Assembly (NCBI GenBank): GCA_009392915.1
Contig: CP045477.1
Span: 64,001-128,000 of the forward strand
Direction: 5' to 3'
DNA length: 64,000 nt
Source of the DNA: Candidatus Forterrea multitransposorum CG_2015-17_Forterrea_25_41
GTDB taxonomy: Archaea > Iainarchaeota > Iainarchaeia > Iainarchaeales > CSSED10-239
Position numbers and translations under genes: made by a program. The notes under the pieces are model-generated. The model was not told the origin of the DNA, ran no database searches, and worked only from the letters and a program-made list of their open reading frames with translations. Below are positions 1 through 9,303 of this stretch, one piece after another (positions within the stretch are counted from its first letter, which is position 1; each line of letters begins with the position of its first letter).

Positions 1-2
1 CT

Positions 3-158
3 TTAGTCTCTTCCTGAATTTATTAAAAGTATTATTCCTATAATTATTAAAATTAGTCCTAAATATATATTTAATCTTGATAATACACCTGGAAGATCTG
101 GAATATACATTCCAATACCAATTCCCATTATAATTCCACTAGCAAGAGATTTACCCAT
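3..158 (-). CDS. small hydrophobic protein (51 aa), absent from ORF track
   Basis: Hand translation of the reverse strand gives MGKSLASGIIMGIGIGMYIPDLPGVLSRLNIYLGLILIIIGIILLINSGRD*. ATG at 158-156, TAA at 5-3. Two hydrophobic segments. No family recognised. Confidence 0.3.
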   Translation of the reverse strand: MGKSLASGIIMGIGIGMYIPDLPGVLSRLNIYLGLILIIIGIILLINSGRD

Positions 159-296
159 ATTTCATGTCTCCTATTTTAATTGTTAGTTTATAATTTCATA
201 TATTGATGATAAGGTTTTTAAATTAATTTAGTTTGATAAATTAAATAAATACATTCTTTTTAATATTTATCTAATCTATTATTATATTGAGAAAAT

Positions 297-926
297 ATGA
301 ATTTTGAAAATGTAATCTTTGGAAATATTAATGATTTTGATAAAAGTCTTTTAAAAGAAATTATTGATTATCTTAATGAAAAAGAAATAAACTATTTTTA
401 TTTAAGTGGACTTAATGAAGATTTTGGAAAAGAATATATTAAAAATAATAATTTTGATTATTTTTTTAATTTTAATAAAATCTATCATGTAGACAAATCT
501 TATTTAGATACTCTTTCTGAAATTGATTTAGAAATTAGAAATAACAATTATAAAAAATCAAACGATTATATTGATCAATATTATAAAATTTATTTTTTAA
601 CAAAATTAAAACCAAATCTTAATAATGAAAAAACTTTATTTATTGGAAATGATATTTGGACTGATGCTTATTATATATCTGAATATACTCTTGCAAATGT
701 AATTTTATTTAAATCAAAAATTACATTTAATAAAGAAGAATTTAATAAAGATTTAAAAACAATTAATTGTTTTGAAAATATATCTGATTTTAAAAAAATA
801 ATTGAAGAAGAAACTGAATTTAATTATTCTAAATTAAAGTCTTTTGCAAAAAGTTATTTAATTTCAAAGACTGTTGGAAAACTAGATTTAGATTTAAGTA
901 AAATATATAAAAAGAGTGATAAGTAA
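297..926 (+). CDS. hypothetical protein, weak HAD-hydrolase-like motifs
   Basis: 209-aa ORF. NDFDKSL near the N-terminus and LFIGNDIWTD near aa 115 loosely resemble HAD motifs I and IV. Its stop overlaps the enolase start (TAATG). Confidence 0.4.
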   Translation: MNFENVIFGNINDFDKSLLKEIIDYLNEKEINYFYLSGLNEDFGKEYIKNNNFDYFFNFNKIYHVDKSYLDTLSEIDLEIRNNNYKKSNDYIDQYYKIYFLTKLKPNLNNEKTLFIGNDIWTDAYYISEYTLANVILFKSKITFNKEEFNKDLKTINCFENISDFKKIIEEETEFNYSKLKSFAKSYLISKTVGKLDLDLSKIYKKSDK

Positions 927-2173
927 TGGAAATAAAAGAAATAAAAGCAATTAGAGTTCTTGATTCAAGAGGAGTACCAACAATTAAAACGTTTGTAAAA
1001 ACAGAAAATGAAACAGGATCAGCATCAATTCCTTCTGGAACTTCTGCAGGTTTGTTTGAAGCTTATGAACTTAGAGATACAAAATCTAAAGATTATTTTA
1101 ATTTAGATGTTTCTAAAGCTATAAAGAATGTTAATACTGTAATTAATAAAAAATTAAAAGGTAAATTTGTACTTGACCAAGAAGATATTGACAATACATT
1201 ATTAGAGCTTGATGGTACTGATAATAAATCTAGACTTGGAGCAAATGCAATTCTTTCTGTAAGTCTTGCAGTTTCAAGAGCAGCTGCAAATGAATTATCT
1301 ATGCCTTTATATCAGTATATTTCAAGATTAAATAATAATAATAATTTTAAAGACCCAACTCCTCTTTCAAACATTATTAATGGTGGACTTCATTCAGGAT
1401 CAAATATTGCTTTTCAAGAATATTTAATAATTCCAAAATTTAAAGAAATTGAAGATTCTGTAAAATCAATGAGTGAAATTTATCATTCTTTAAAAAATAT
1501 AATTTCAAAAGAATATGGTCCTTCTTCTACAAATGTTGGTTTTGAAGGAGGTTTTGTACCTAACTTTAAAGATGTTAATGAAGAAAATCCTTTAATATTA
1601 ATTGAAAAAGCAATTAAAGATGCAGGATATACAAGAAAAGAAATTGGTTTAGGACTTGATTGTGCTGCAAATTCTTTTTATAATGAAAAAGAAAAAAAAT
1701 ATTTTTTAAATAATAAAAATTATTCTTCATCAGAATTACTAGATTATTATTTAGATCTTATTAAAAAATTTAAAATAAAATCAATAGAAGATCCTTTCTT
1801 TGAAAAAGATAAAAAAGCATGGCAAGAGTTTAGTAAAAAAGTAAGTTCTTCAATTAATGTTGTTGGAGATGATCTTTTAGTTACAAATCCAGCTTTAATA
1901 AAAGATGCAATTTCTAAAAAATACTGTAATTCTCTACTTTTAAAAGTTAACCAGATTGGAACATTAACTGAAAGTTTAAATGCATTTAATATTTCAAAAA
2001 AAGCAAATTGGAAAGTTATAGTCTCTCACAGATCAGGAGAAACTGAAGATAATTATATTTCTGATCTTGCTTATGGAATTAATGCTGATTATGTTAAATT
2101 TGGAGCTCCTTCAAGAGGAGAGAGAACTTCTAAATATAATAGACTTCTTGAGATTAAAGAAATAAAAAGTTAA
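926..2173 (+). CDS. eno: enolase (phosphopyruvate hydratase)
   Basis: N-terminus IKAIRVLDSRGVPTI..IPSGTSAG, SHRSGETED motif, 415 aa. GTGAT SD-like motif 7 nt upstream of the ATG. Confidence 0.95.
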   Translation: MEIKEIKAIRVLDSRGVPTIKTFVKTENETGSASIPSGTSAGLFEAYELRDTKSKDYFNLDVSKAIKNVNTVINKKLKGKFVLDQEDIDNTLLELDGTDNKSRLGANAILSVSLAVSRAAANELSMPLYQYISRLNNNNNFKDPTPLSNIINGGLHSGSNIAFQEYLIIPKFKEIEDSVKSMSEIYHSLKNIISKEYGPSSTNVGFEGGFVPNFKDVNEENPLILIEKAIKDAGYTRKEIGLGLDCAANSFYNEKEKKYFLNNKNYSSSELLDYYLDLIKKFKIKSIEDPFFEKDKKAWQEFSKKVSSSINVVGDDLLVTNPALIKDAISKKYCNSLLLKVNQIGTLTESLNAFNISKKANWKVIVSHRSGETEDNYISDLAYGINADYVKFGAPSRGERTSKYNRLLEIKEIKS

Positions 2174-2200
2174 AAAGAAAGAAAATTATTCTTTCTTTTT
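2172..2200. terminator. AT-rich hairpin between convergent genes
   Basis: AAAAAGAAAGAA (2172-2183) is the reverse complement of TTCTTTCTTTTT (2189-2200). It lies between the enolase stop and the stop of the minus-strand small ORF. Confidence 0.3.
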
Positions 2201-2356
2201 AAGCATAGGAAGTCCAGTTCTTTTGTTTTCTATGACTTTATAACCATCTGGAAGATCTATTGAATCAGTAGAGTCTCCAGAAAAAAAGAAAAGATGACCT
2301 TTTTTATGAAGATAATATGTTTTACCATTTTTTTTATTTTCTTGTGAATAACCCAT
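2186..2356 (-). CDS. small conserved-looking protein (56 aa), absent from ORF track
   Basis: Hand translation gives MGYSQENKKNGKTYYLHKKGHLFFFSGDSTDSIDLPDGYKVIENKRTGLPMLKKKE*. A G-rich SD (AAGGGGG) lies upstream on the minus strand. Confidence 0.45.
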   Translation of the reverse strand: MGYSQENKKNGKTYYLHKKGHLFFFSGDSTDSIDLPDGYKVIENKRTGLPMLKKKE

Positions 2357-2611
2357 ATATTAACAACCCCCTTAAAATTGTTTTTTTATAATAACTATTT
2401 TTATTTCTAAATTTAATACTCTTAAAAACTAAATATTTTTTTATCTAGAAACTAAACTATTCAATATATAGAAACAATTCTTTTATAATAGTGTAGGTTT
2501 TTTTAATTAATTTATTCACTGAGATAAATAACGATACCTTTAAAAAACATTTATAAACATATTTATTTATAAGTTTAATATACTTTATAATATTTAAAAG
2601 GTGAAATGAAA

Positions 2612-3460
2612 ATGGCAGATGAATTTGATTTAAATGAAGACATGGGCTCTACTTCTAAAAGATCTGGAACTTCAAAACTTAGACTTGAAGGAATAATTCC
2701 AATTGTAATAATAATTATTGTTGTTTTATTAATTGCTTTTAAAACAAACATATTTTCAGGATCTTCAGATATATTTAGTGGAAAGGGATCAGCAGTTTTA
2801 ATTATTGGTTCTCCAAGCCCTAATTTACAATTAGTTTTAAACAATGCAGAAAATAAAGATTTAATTAAAGAAAAAAGACAAATAACGATGGATGCTCTTT
2901 TATATAATCCTACTGAAAGGATAAAAGGGTATGATATTATAATATTAGATCAAAGTTTATCTGCTGATAAATCAATTACAAGAACAGCAGGAGAGGCAAT
3001 AGCTTCTTTTGTAAAATCAGGTGGAAGTTTAATGGTTGTTTTAAACTCTGGAATTGAAAGACCAGGAGATCCTTCAGTTATTGGTTGGAAACCAACTTTT
3101 GGAGATATAGTTCCTGTTTCTTGTGATCCTACACTTTACAGTATTCCAAGTTGTAAACAACAATTAAGAGTAAATGGTATTTTATATGCTAATAGATACA
3201 ATAGTAAACAAGGTGCATATAAGATAATGTATGGTATTGAAAAAGTGCCTGCACTTGAATCTGCTGGACTTATTTCAACAGAGACATATCCTGTAACTGT
3301 TAATGGTAATGAAATTGCATATTTAGTTGATTCTAGAACAGGTACATACTATCCTGCAATTGTTGAAAAACCATTACTTTTAGGAAAAGTCATTTACTTT
3401 AATTATGATCCTGGACTTTCAGAAACAATTTTTGTAAATACTTTAAAATATTTAGGTTAG
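2612..3460 (+). CDS. membrane-anchored hypothetical protein (single N-terminal TM)
   Basis: Track ORF is 2606..3460. GGTGA abuts the first ATG, so the second ATG (2612) is favoured. TM segment GIIPIVIIIIVVLLIAF followed by a soluble alpha/beta-looking domain. Confidence 0.6.
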   Translation: MADEFDLNEDMGSTSKRSGTSKLRLEGIIPIVIIIIVVLLIAFKTNIFSGSSDIFSGKGSAVLIIGSPSPNLQLVLNNAENKDLIKEKRQITMDALLYNPTERIKGYDIIILDQSLSADKSITRTAGEAIASFVKSGGSLMVVLNSGIERPGDPSVIGWKPTFGDIVPVSCDPTLYSIPSCKQQLRVNGILYANRYNSKQGAYKIMYGIEKVPALESAGLISTETYPVTVNGNEIAYLVDSRTGTYYPAIVEKPLLLGKVIYFNYDPGLSETIFVNTLKYLG

Positions 3461-3508
3461 ATTTTTTTTAAAAAGAAAAAATCTTTTTCTTTTTTCTTCT
3501 TTTTTTTT
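3459..3508 (+). terminator. hairpin plus T-rich tract
   Basis: AGATTTTTT (3459-3467) pairs with AAAAAATCT (3476-3484), followed by TTTTCTTTTTTCTTCTTTTTTTTT. Confidence 0.35.
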
Positions 3509-3633
3509 AAAAATATACATTTAAAAACACTTCTCTGCTATAATTATATTACTTTTAAAGCTATTTATAGTTTTAATATTATTAAAAAAACCGATATAAC
3601 TGCTTAAAATAAAGCAGGAGGTGCAAAGTAGAT

Positions 3634-4290
3634 ATGGATAAAAAGACATTAGAGTCTACCATTAAAGATTTATTTTCAAATCTTAAGAAAAGAAATTTTG
3701 ATGAATCAGTAGACTTAATTGTAACATTCAAAAATATGAATATTAAAAATAAAGATCATAGATTTGAATACTTTGTAAGTATACCTCATCCATTTGTAAC
3801 TAAAATAAAGACACTTGCATTTGTTAAAAATAAACAATTTATAGAGTCTTTAAAAGGTATAGTGGATAAAGTAATTCCTGATGAAGAAATATCAAAGATT
3901 ACTAAAAAAGAAGGTAAAAAACTTGCAAATGAGTTTGATTTAATTTTAGCAGAAGGTCCTGCTATGCTAACTGTGGGAAAATTCTTAGGACAAGTTTTAA
4001 GTCCAAGAGGAAAAATGCCTACAATTATGCCACCATCAGAACCAGCTGTAAAAAGTTTGATTGAATCTCAACTTTCAAAAGTAAAAGTAACTAATAAAAA
4101 AAGTAAATCTTCTGTTTCTTTAATGCTTAGAATTGGAAAGAAAAGTCAAGATACAGCTTTTATTGCAGAAAATACTTTAGCTGTTTTAAGTTCTATTGCA
4201 GATAAACTTCCAAATGGAAAACAGAATATTAAAGATGTTATTTTTAAAACAACAATGAGTGCACCTGTTAAGGTAGGAGGTGCTTTATAG
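3634..4290 (+). CDS. rpl1: 50S ribosomal protein L1 (uL1)
   Basis: 218 aa. uL1-like sequence (ESVDLIV.F...; GKFLGQVLSPRGKMP). GGAGGTG SD. Followed by P0 and P1. Confidence 0.93.
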   Translation: MDKKTLESTIKDLFSNLKKRNFDESVDLIVTFKNMNIKNKDHRFEYFVSIPHPFVTKIKTLAFVKNKQFIESLKGIVDKVIPDEEISKITKKEGKKLANEFDLILAEGPAMLTVGKFLGQVLSPRGKMPTIMPPSEPAVKSLIESQLSKVKVTNKKSKSSVSLMLRIGKKSQDTAFIAENTLAVLSSIADKLPNGKQNIKDVIFKTTMSAPVKVGGAL

Positions 4291-5055
4291 ATGGCAAAAC
4301 ATCTTAAAGAATGGAGACATAAAGAATTAGGTATTATTTCTGATCTTATATCTCAATATAAAACAATTGGTATTGGTGATTTGTATAATTTTCCATCAGC
4401 TTTACTTCATAAGCTAAGAAAAAATACTCCTAAAATACATTTCAAAGTAACTAACAGAAATATTTTAAAAATGGCTCTTGAAAAAATAGGTCAAAAAGAT
4501 TTAATTGAAAAGTTACCTGATCAACCAATATTGATTTTATCAAATGATAATGCTTTTGAAATATATTCTTCAATTAAGAAAAATAAATCAAAATCAAAAG
4601 CAAAAGTTGGTATGTTATCTCCAATTGATATTGTTGTTCCTGAAGGAGACACTGGTCTTGCACCTGGTCCTGCACTTTCAGATCTTAAAAAAGTTGGTAT
4701 TAAAGCTCAAGTTAAAGGAGCTACAATCCATGTTACAAAAGATACTGTTATTGCAAAAGAAGGAGACGTTATCAATGAAGATATTGTAAGTACTTTATCA
4801 AAGCTTGACATTAAACCTGTTGAATTAATTTTAGAAGTTGTCTTTATTAAAGAAGATGGCATAATTTATTCAAAAGATGTTTTAGATGTTGATGCTGAAA
4901 CAATATATAACAATTTCATAACTGCTGTAAGACAATCAATTAATTTAGGTGTTGAAATATCTTACGCAACAGAACTTACAATTGAGCCTATGATAATGAT
5001 GGCTGAATTGAAAGCAAAAGCCTTAGAAAAAGAGGTTGAAGAAAAAAGTAATTAA
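4291..5055 (+). CDS. rplP0: 50S ribosomal protein P0 / L10 (uL10)
   Basis: The N-terminus (LKEWRHKELGIISDLISQYKTIGIGDL) matches the archaeal P0 pattern. Synteny L1-P0-P1. Confidence 0.9.
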   Translation: MAKHLKEWRHKELGIISDLISQYKTIGIGDLYNFPSALLHKLRKNTPKIHFKVTNRNILKMALEKIGQKDLIEKLPDQPILILSNDNAFEIYSSIKKNKSKSKAKVGMLSPIDIVVPEGDTGLAPGPALSDLKKVGIKAQVKGATIHVTKDTVIAKEGDVINEDIVSTLSKLDIKPVELILEVVFIKEDGIIYSKDVLDVDAETIYNNFITAVRQSINLGVEISYATELTIEPMIMMAELKAKALEKEVEEKSN

Positions 5056-5110
5056 TTTTACTTTTTTTCTTTTAAATAAAAAAAAATTAAAAATAAGAGG
5101 GTGAATTAGT

Positions 5111-5401
5111 ATGGATTATATCTATGCAGTTTTATTATTACATAACGCAAAAAAAGAAATTACAGATGCAAATGTTAAAGCAGTATTAGCTGCTGCTGGT
5201 GTTTCTGTTGATGACGGAAAATTAAAAGGTCTTTTAGCTTCATTAAAAGAAGTAAATATCGCTGAAGCTATTGAAAAAGCATCAATGCCAGTTGCTGCTG
5301 CTGCAGGTCCTGTTGCAGAAGTTAAAGAAGAGAAAAAAGAAGAAGAAGTTGAAGTTTCAGAAGAATCAGCTGCTGAAGGTTTAGGTTCTCTTTTCGGTTA
5401 G
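5111..5401 (+). CDS. rpl12: 50S ribosomal stalk protein P1 (L12e)
   Basis: [13 protein letters not shown]... N-terminus, Ala/Glu-rich hinge and a C-terminal GLGSLFG tail. Confidence 0.92.
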   Translation: MDYIYAVLLLHNAKKEITDANVKAVLAAAGVSVDDGKLKGLLASLKEVNIAEAIEKASMPVAAAAGPVAEVKEEKKEEEVEVSEESAAEGLGSLFG

Positions 5402-5430
5402 AGGTTTTTTTTTAAAACCTTTCTTTTTTC
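5402..5430 (+). terminator. hairpin plus T tract after the stalk operon
   Basis: AGGTTTT (5402-5408) pairs with AAAACCT (5414-5420), followed by TTCTTTTTTCTTTTT. Confidence 0.35.
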
Positions 5431-5553
5431 TTTTTAATTTAAGAAAAGATTTTTTTTAAGAATAATAAAAAGATTTTTTCTTTTTTTTATTTTATTTTCT
5501 CGGCCTTGTTCTTTCAATAAATATATAAACTATTTATTCTATTATTATATATC

Positions 5554-7140
5554 ATGTTAGAAGACAAGTATATTACTTTTCCATATATTAAGAAAAATAC
5601 TGTGGAAAAAAGAGTTTATCAAGAACTATTGACTGCAAAAGCTATTGAAACATCTACATTAGTTGTAGCTCCAACTGGTCTTGGAAAAACCATTGTTGCG
5701 GTTTTACTTATAGGGTTTATATACAATCCAAAAAAATCAATTTTATTTTTAGCACCAACAAAACCTCTTGTCTCACAACATAAAAAATCTTTAGAAAAAG
5801 TTTTAGAAGTTGATCCTGATAAAATAATTTTTTTAACAGGACAAAATCCTCCTGAAAAGAGAAAAGAAATTTATTCTCAAAAAGGGTTAGTTATTTGTGC
5901 TACTCCTCAGACAATAGATAATGATATTAAAAATAATCTTTTAAAAGAAGATAATTTTAATTTAATAATCTTTGATGAAGCTCATAGAGCTGTTGGAGAG
6001 TATGCTTATGTTTCTATTTCTTCTTTTTTTAAAGAAGAAATAAAAAGACTTGCATTAACAGCATCTCCTGGTTATAATAAACAGAAAATTAAAGAAATTG
6101 CTGATAATTTAAAAATAAAACATATAGAAATAAAAACTGAATCTGACTTAGATGTTATTGATTATGTTAAAGATATAGAGATTGAAACTGTTTTTGTTGA
6201 ACTTGATGACGTTTCAAAAAAAATATCTAAAATTTTAGATTCTTTTATTTTAAAAAAAATAGAACTTTTAAGAAAACTTAATTTATCAGTTTCTTCAAAC
6301 TTTACTAAAAAACAAATATTAATGGTTCAACAACAATTGTTTAAAAGACTTGAATCTTCTAAAAATTCATTAAATTTTGTAGCACTTATAAATGTGTCTT
6401 TAGCTTTAAAAGCACTTTATGCAAAAGAATTAATTGAGACTCAAGGTTTTTTACCTCTTAAACATTATCTTGAAAAAGCATTTATTGATTCTAAATCTTC
6501 AAAAACTACTAAAACTTTAAATCAATTTGTAAATTCTAAAGAAATTTTAGAAACTTATTCTTTAATAATTAATTTAGATTATTCAAAACCAATTTATTCT
6601 AAGGAAAAAGAAATTGTAGAATTGGTTAAAAACTTTATTTTAAATAATCCTTCTTCAAAAATATTAATTTTTAATAATTTTAGAGATTCTGCTCAAAATA
6701 TTTCAAATTACTTAAATAAATATGATAATTTAAATAGTGTGAGATTTGTTGGACAATCTTCTAAAGAAAAAGATAAAGGATTATCTCAAAAAGAACAAGC
6801 TCAAATAATTTCTGACTTTAGAGATGGTTTAAACAATGTTTTAGTGTGTACTTCTGTTGGTGAAGAAGGACTTGATATTCCTTCAGTTGATTTAGTTTTT
6901 TTTTATGATGCAGTTCCTTCAGAAATTAGGTCTATACAGAGAAGAGGAAGAACAGGTAGATTTAATGCTGGTAAAGTTATTATTCTTTTAAATAAAGATA
7001 CAATTGATGAACATTATTATTATGTTTCTTTAAAGAAAGAAAAAACTATGAAAAAAAATTTAATTTCCATGTCAAGAGATGGAGATTTGAAAATTGTGAA
7101 AAGAAAGAAAAAAGTTCAAAAAAATTTAGGTGACTTTTAA
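5554..7140 (+). CDS. Hef/FANCM-type SF2 helicase (helicase part only)
   Basis: Motif I APTGLGKT, motif II FDEAHRA, motif VI QRRGRTGR. 528 aa. No nuclease domain in this ORF. Confidence 0.8.
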   Translation: MLEDKYITFPYIKKNTVEKRVYQELLTAKAIETSTLVVAPTGLGKTIVAVLLIGFIYNPKKSILFLAPTKPLVSQHKKSLEKVLEVDPDKIIFLTGQNPPEKRKEIYSQKGLVICATPQTIDNDIKNNLLKEDNFNLIIFDEAHRAVGEYAYVSISSFFKEEIKRLALTASPGYNKQKIKEIADNLKIKHIEIKTESDLDVIDYVKDIEIETVFVELDDVSKKISKILDSFILKKIELLRKLNLSVSSNFTKKQILMVQQQLFKRLESSKNSLNFVALINVSLALKALYAKELIETQGFLPLKHYLEKAFIDSKSSKTTKTLNQFVNSKEILETYSLIINLDYSKPIYSKEKEIVELVKNFILNNPSSKILIFNNFRDSAQNISNYLNKYDNLNSVRFVGQSSKEKDKGLSQKEQAQIISDFRDGLNNVLVCTSVGEEGLDIPSVDLVFFYDAVPSEIRSIQRRGRTGRFNAGKVIILLNKDTIDEHYYYVSLKKEKTMKKNLISMSRDGDLKIVKRKKKVQKNLGDF

Positions 7141-7159
7141 GAAAAAATGTGATATAAAT

Positions 7160-7618
7160 ATGGATTTATTAGAATTTATAATTGAAGCAAAAAAAAATAC
7201 TTATGCATCTTCAAAAATAACTGATAAATTAAATAAAGATGGTTCTAAAGAACTTATATTTGAAAAAGATTCTTTAAAATATATTGATAAATATTATGGT
7301 TTTAATCCTTTTTCTGGTCAAGAAATTATTTTTAAAGATTATAAGGGTATTTGGTCTATGAATTATTATGGTTTTATAAAAGATCATTTAGTTTCTGAAA
7401 AAGAAGTTTATTCTTTTTTAAAAAAAGCTTTACTTAATGTTGAAAAAAGATTTCCTTTAAGAGGTCCAAATATTTATAGAGAAGGAGATTTTGAATATTT
7501 TTCAGATACTTCTGGATTTATTGAAGAATTTAATGGAAAGGAAAGAATTGATTATAATGGTAAAACTGTATATCATGGTTTTTATCATGGTGGTCTTTTA
7601 AGAGATAAATTAATTTAA
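7160..7618 (+). CDS. DUF5680-like hypothetical protein
   Basis: Track ORF starts at 7130, but ATGTGAT sits 7 nt before the ATG at 7160. EFIIEAKKNTYAS...YYGF...WSMNYYG...FPLRGP...YHGFYHGGL resembles DUF5680 as I recall it. Confidence 0.45.
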   Translation: MDLLEFIIEAKKNTYASSKITDKLNKDGSKELIFEKDSLKYIDKYYGFNPFSGQEIIFKDYKGIWSMNYYGFIKDHLVSEKEVYSFLKKALLNVEKRFPLRGPNIYREGDFEYFSDTSGFIEEFNGKERIDYNGKTVYHGFYHGGLLRDKLI

Positions 7619-7637
7619 TTTTAAAAAGTGATTTTAA

Positions 7638-8306
7638 ATGCCTTTAAAAGAAATAAATATTATTTGCGATACTAGAGAAAAAGCTTCTTCAGTTTTATCA
7701 GAAATTTCACTTCTTTCAGATAATGATATAAAAGTTAATGTTATTTTAGAACAATTATCTGTTGGAGATTATCAAATTTCAGACGATATTGTAATTGAAA
7801 GAAAAACTTTATCTGATCTTGAAACTTCAATTATTGATGGTAGAATATTTTCTCAATTGCAAGATCTTTCTTTTGTTAAAAGATCTGCTTTAATTATTGA
7901 AGGTGATCCTTTTTTATTGTATAATAGTAAAAGAATAAATGGTAAAGCACTAATTGGTTTAATTACTTCTGTTGGACTTAATTATAGAATTCCTTTATTT
8001 TTTACAAAAAATCAAAAACAAACTGCTTTATTTTTGTGTACCATGGCAAAAAAAGAACAACTTAAAAATGGAACTTCTGAATCTAAACTAAGGTATCAAA
8101 AAAATAAAATGTCAGGTACTCAATTCCAATTATTTATAATGCAGTCTTTTCCAGATGTAGGACCTACTCTTGCAAAATCTATTTTAAAAGAATTTAAATC
8201 TATTAAAAATATTTCAAATGCAAGTATTGAAGATTTATTAAAAGTTCCAAAACTTGGTCCAAAAAAAGCTCAAAAAATAAAATATCTTTTTGAAAGAGAA
8301 TATTAG
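7638..8306 (+). CDS. ERCC4 (XPF/Hef/Mus81-type) nuclease with C-terminal (HhH)2
   Basis: DTRE...VGDYQISDDIVIERKTLSDL signature (GDYxnERKxxxD) and two helix-hairpin-helix motifs (DVGPTLAKSIL, VPKLGPKKAQKI). Confidence 0.85.
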   Translation: MPLKEINIICDTREKASSVLSEISLLSDNDIKVNVILEQLSVGDYQISDDIVIERKTLSDLETSIIDGRIFSQLQDLSFVKRSALIIEGDPFLLYNSKRINGKALIGLITSVGLNYRIPLFFTKNQKQTALFLCTMAKKEQLKNGTSESKLRYQKNKMSGTQFQLFIMQSFPDVGPTLAKSILKEFKSIKNISNASIEDLLKVPKLGPKKAQKIKYLFEREY

Positions 8307-8315
8307 TTATATTTT

Positions 8316-8831
8316 TTAAAATAAAGAAAGTGCCATCTTTTCAATTATTTCTTCTTCAATATTTTTTTTATTTTTAATATTATAATAGTTTATTATTTCT
8401 TTTATTTTAGGAGTGTGTTTTTTAGTAATTTTTTTAACATCTAATTTTTTTAAAACATCTTTATTTATTTTTTTCTCTTGACTTAAGATATTTAAAAAAT
8501 AATTGTTTTTTCCTTTTTTAATATACCAATCTTTAGAAATTCCTTTAATTTGATTTGTATTTGAAAGAATCATTAAAGTTTCTGTAAAAATATTCTTTGA
8601 AATATTAATTTTTTCCAGAAATCTTAATTTTCCATTAAAAATAGCCCAATTAATGTGGTTTTCATTGTAAACTAGGGGTTCTGGAACCAAAATAACAGAT
8701 ATTTTCCCTTTTTGCTCTTTTTCTATGTTTTCAATTCTTTTTAAATATTTTTCTATATTATTAATATCTATAGAGCAATATATATTTTCTATATAATAGC
8801 TTTTTTTAAAAATACTAAATGAGTTTTTCAT
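8316..8831 (-). CDS. hypothetical protein, possibly KEOPS subunit Cgi121
   Basis: 171 aa. The central ...NIFTETLMILSNTNQIKGISK... and C-terminal ...EEEIIEKMALSLF resemble the archaeal Cgi121 layout (recalled, weak). Confidence 0.35.
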   Translation of the reverse strand: MKNSFSIFKKSYYIENIYCSIDINNIEKYLKRIENIEKEQKGKISVILVPEPLVYNENHINWAIFNGKLRFLEKINISKNIFTETLMILSNTNQIKGISKDWYIKKGKNNYFLNILSQEKKINKDVLKKLDVKKITKKHTPKIKEIINYYNIKNKKNIEEEIIEKMALSLF

Positions 8832-8897
8832 ATTAATATATTGAATAATTTAGTTTAAAAACATAATTATATTTTAAATCAAGGAGTTGAATACAAA

Positions 8898-9293
8898 ATG
8901 GTTGAATGGATTAAAAAATCAAAAAGAAAAAAAACAGGTGGAATAGATAACTCTGTTAATTTTAAAACAAAAGCATTATCTGATAGAGGTGGATCTTTTG
9001 TTAAAACTGTTGTTGATGATTCTGAAAAGAAATTTAAAGAAAGAACAAGAGGCGGAAATGAAAAATTAAAAATTTCAAAAGCATCTACTGTTTTAGTTTC
9101 AGACAATGGTAAATCTTTTAAAGCAAAAGTTTTAAATGTTGTAGAAAATCATGCAAATAAACAATTTGTAAGACAAAAAGTAATTACAAAAGGTTCAATT
9201 GTTGTAATTGAAAAAGATGGTAAAGAACATAAAGCAAAAGTTACTTCAAGACCAGGACAAACAGGTCAAGTTACTGCTGTTTTAGTAAAATAG
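8898..9293 (+). CDS. rps8e: 30S ribosomal protein S8e (eS8)
   Basis: RKKTGG..., TRGGNEKLK, VLNVVENHANKQFVRQKVITKG, TSRPGQTGQVTAVLV. Confidence 0.92.
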   Translation: MVEWIKKSKRKKTGGIDNSVNFKTKALSDRGGSFVKTVVDDSEKKFKERTRGGNEKLKISKASTVLVSDNGKSFKAKVLNVVENHANKQFVRQKVITKGSIVVIEKDGKEHKAKVTSRPGQTGQVTAVLVK

Positions 9294-9303
9294 ATTTTAA
9301 GAT

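Noticed and set aside
3600-3617. Hairpin CTGCTT-N6-AAGCAG abutting the L1 Shine-Dalgarno as a possible L1 autoregulatory mimic of the 23S L1 site
   Set aside because: It has only 6 bp, and I could not verify any similarity to the L1-binding rRNA motif. This is too weak to claim.
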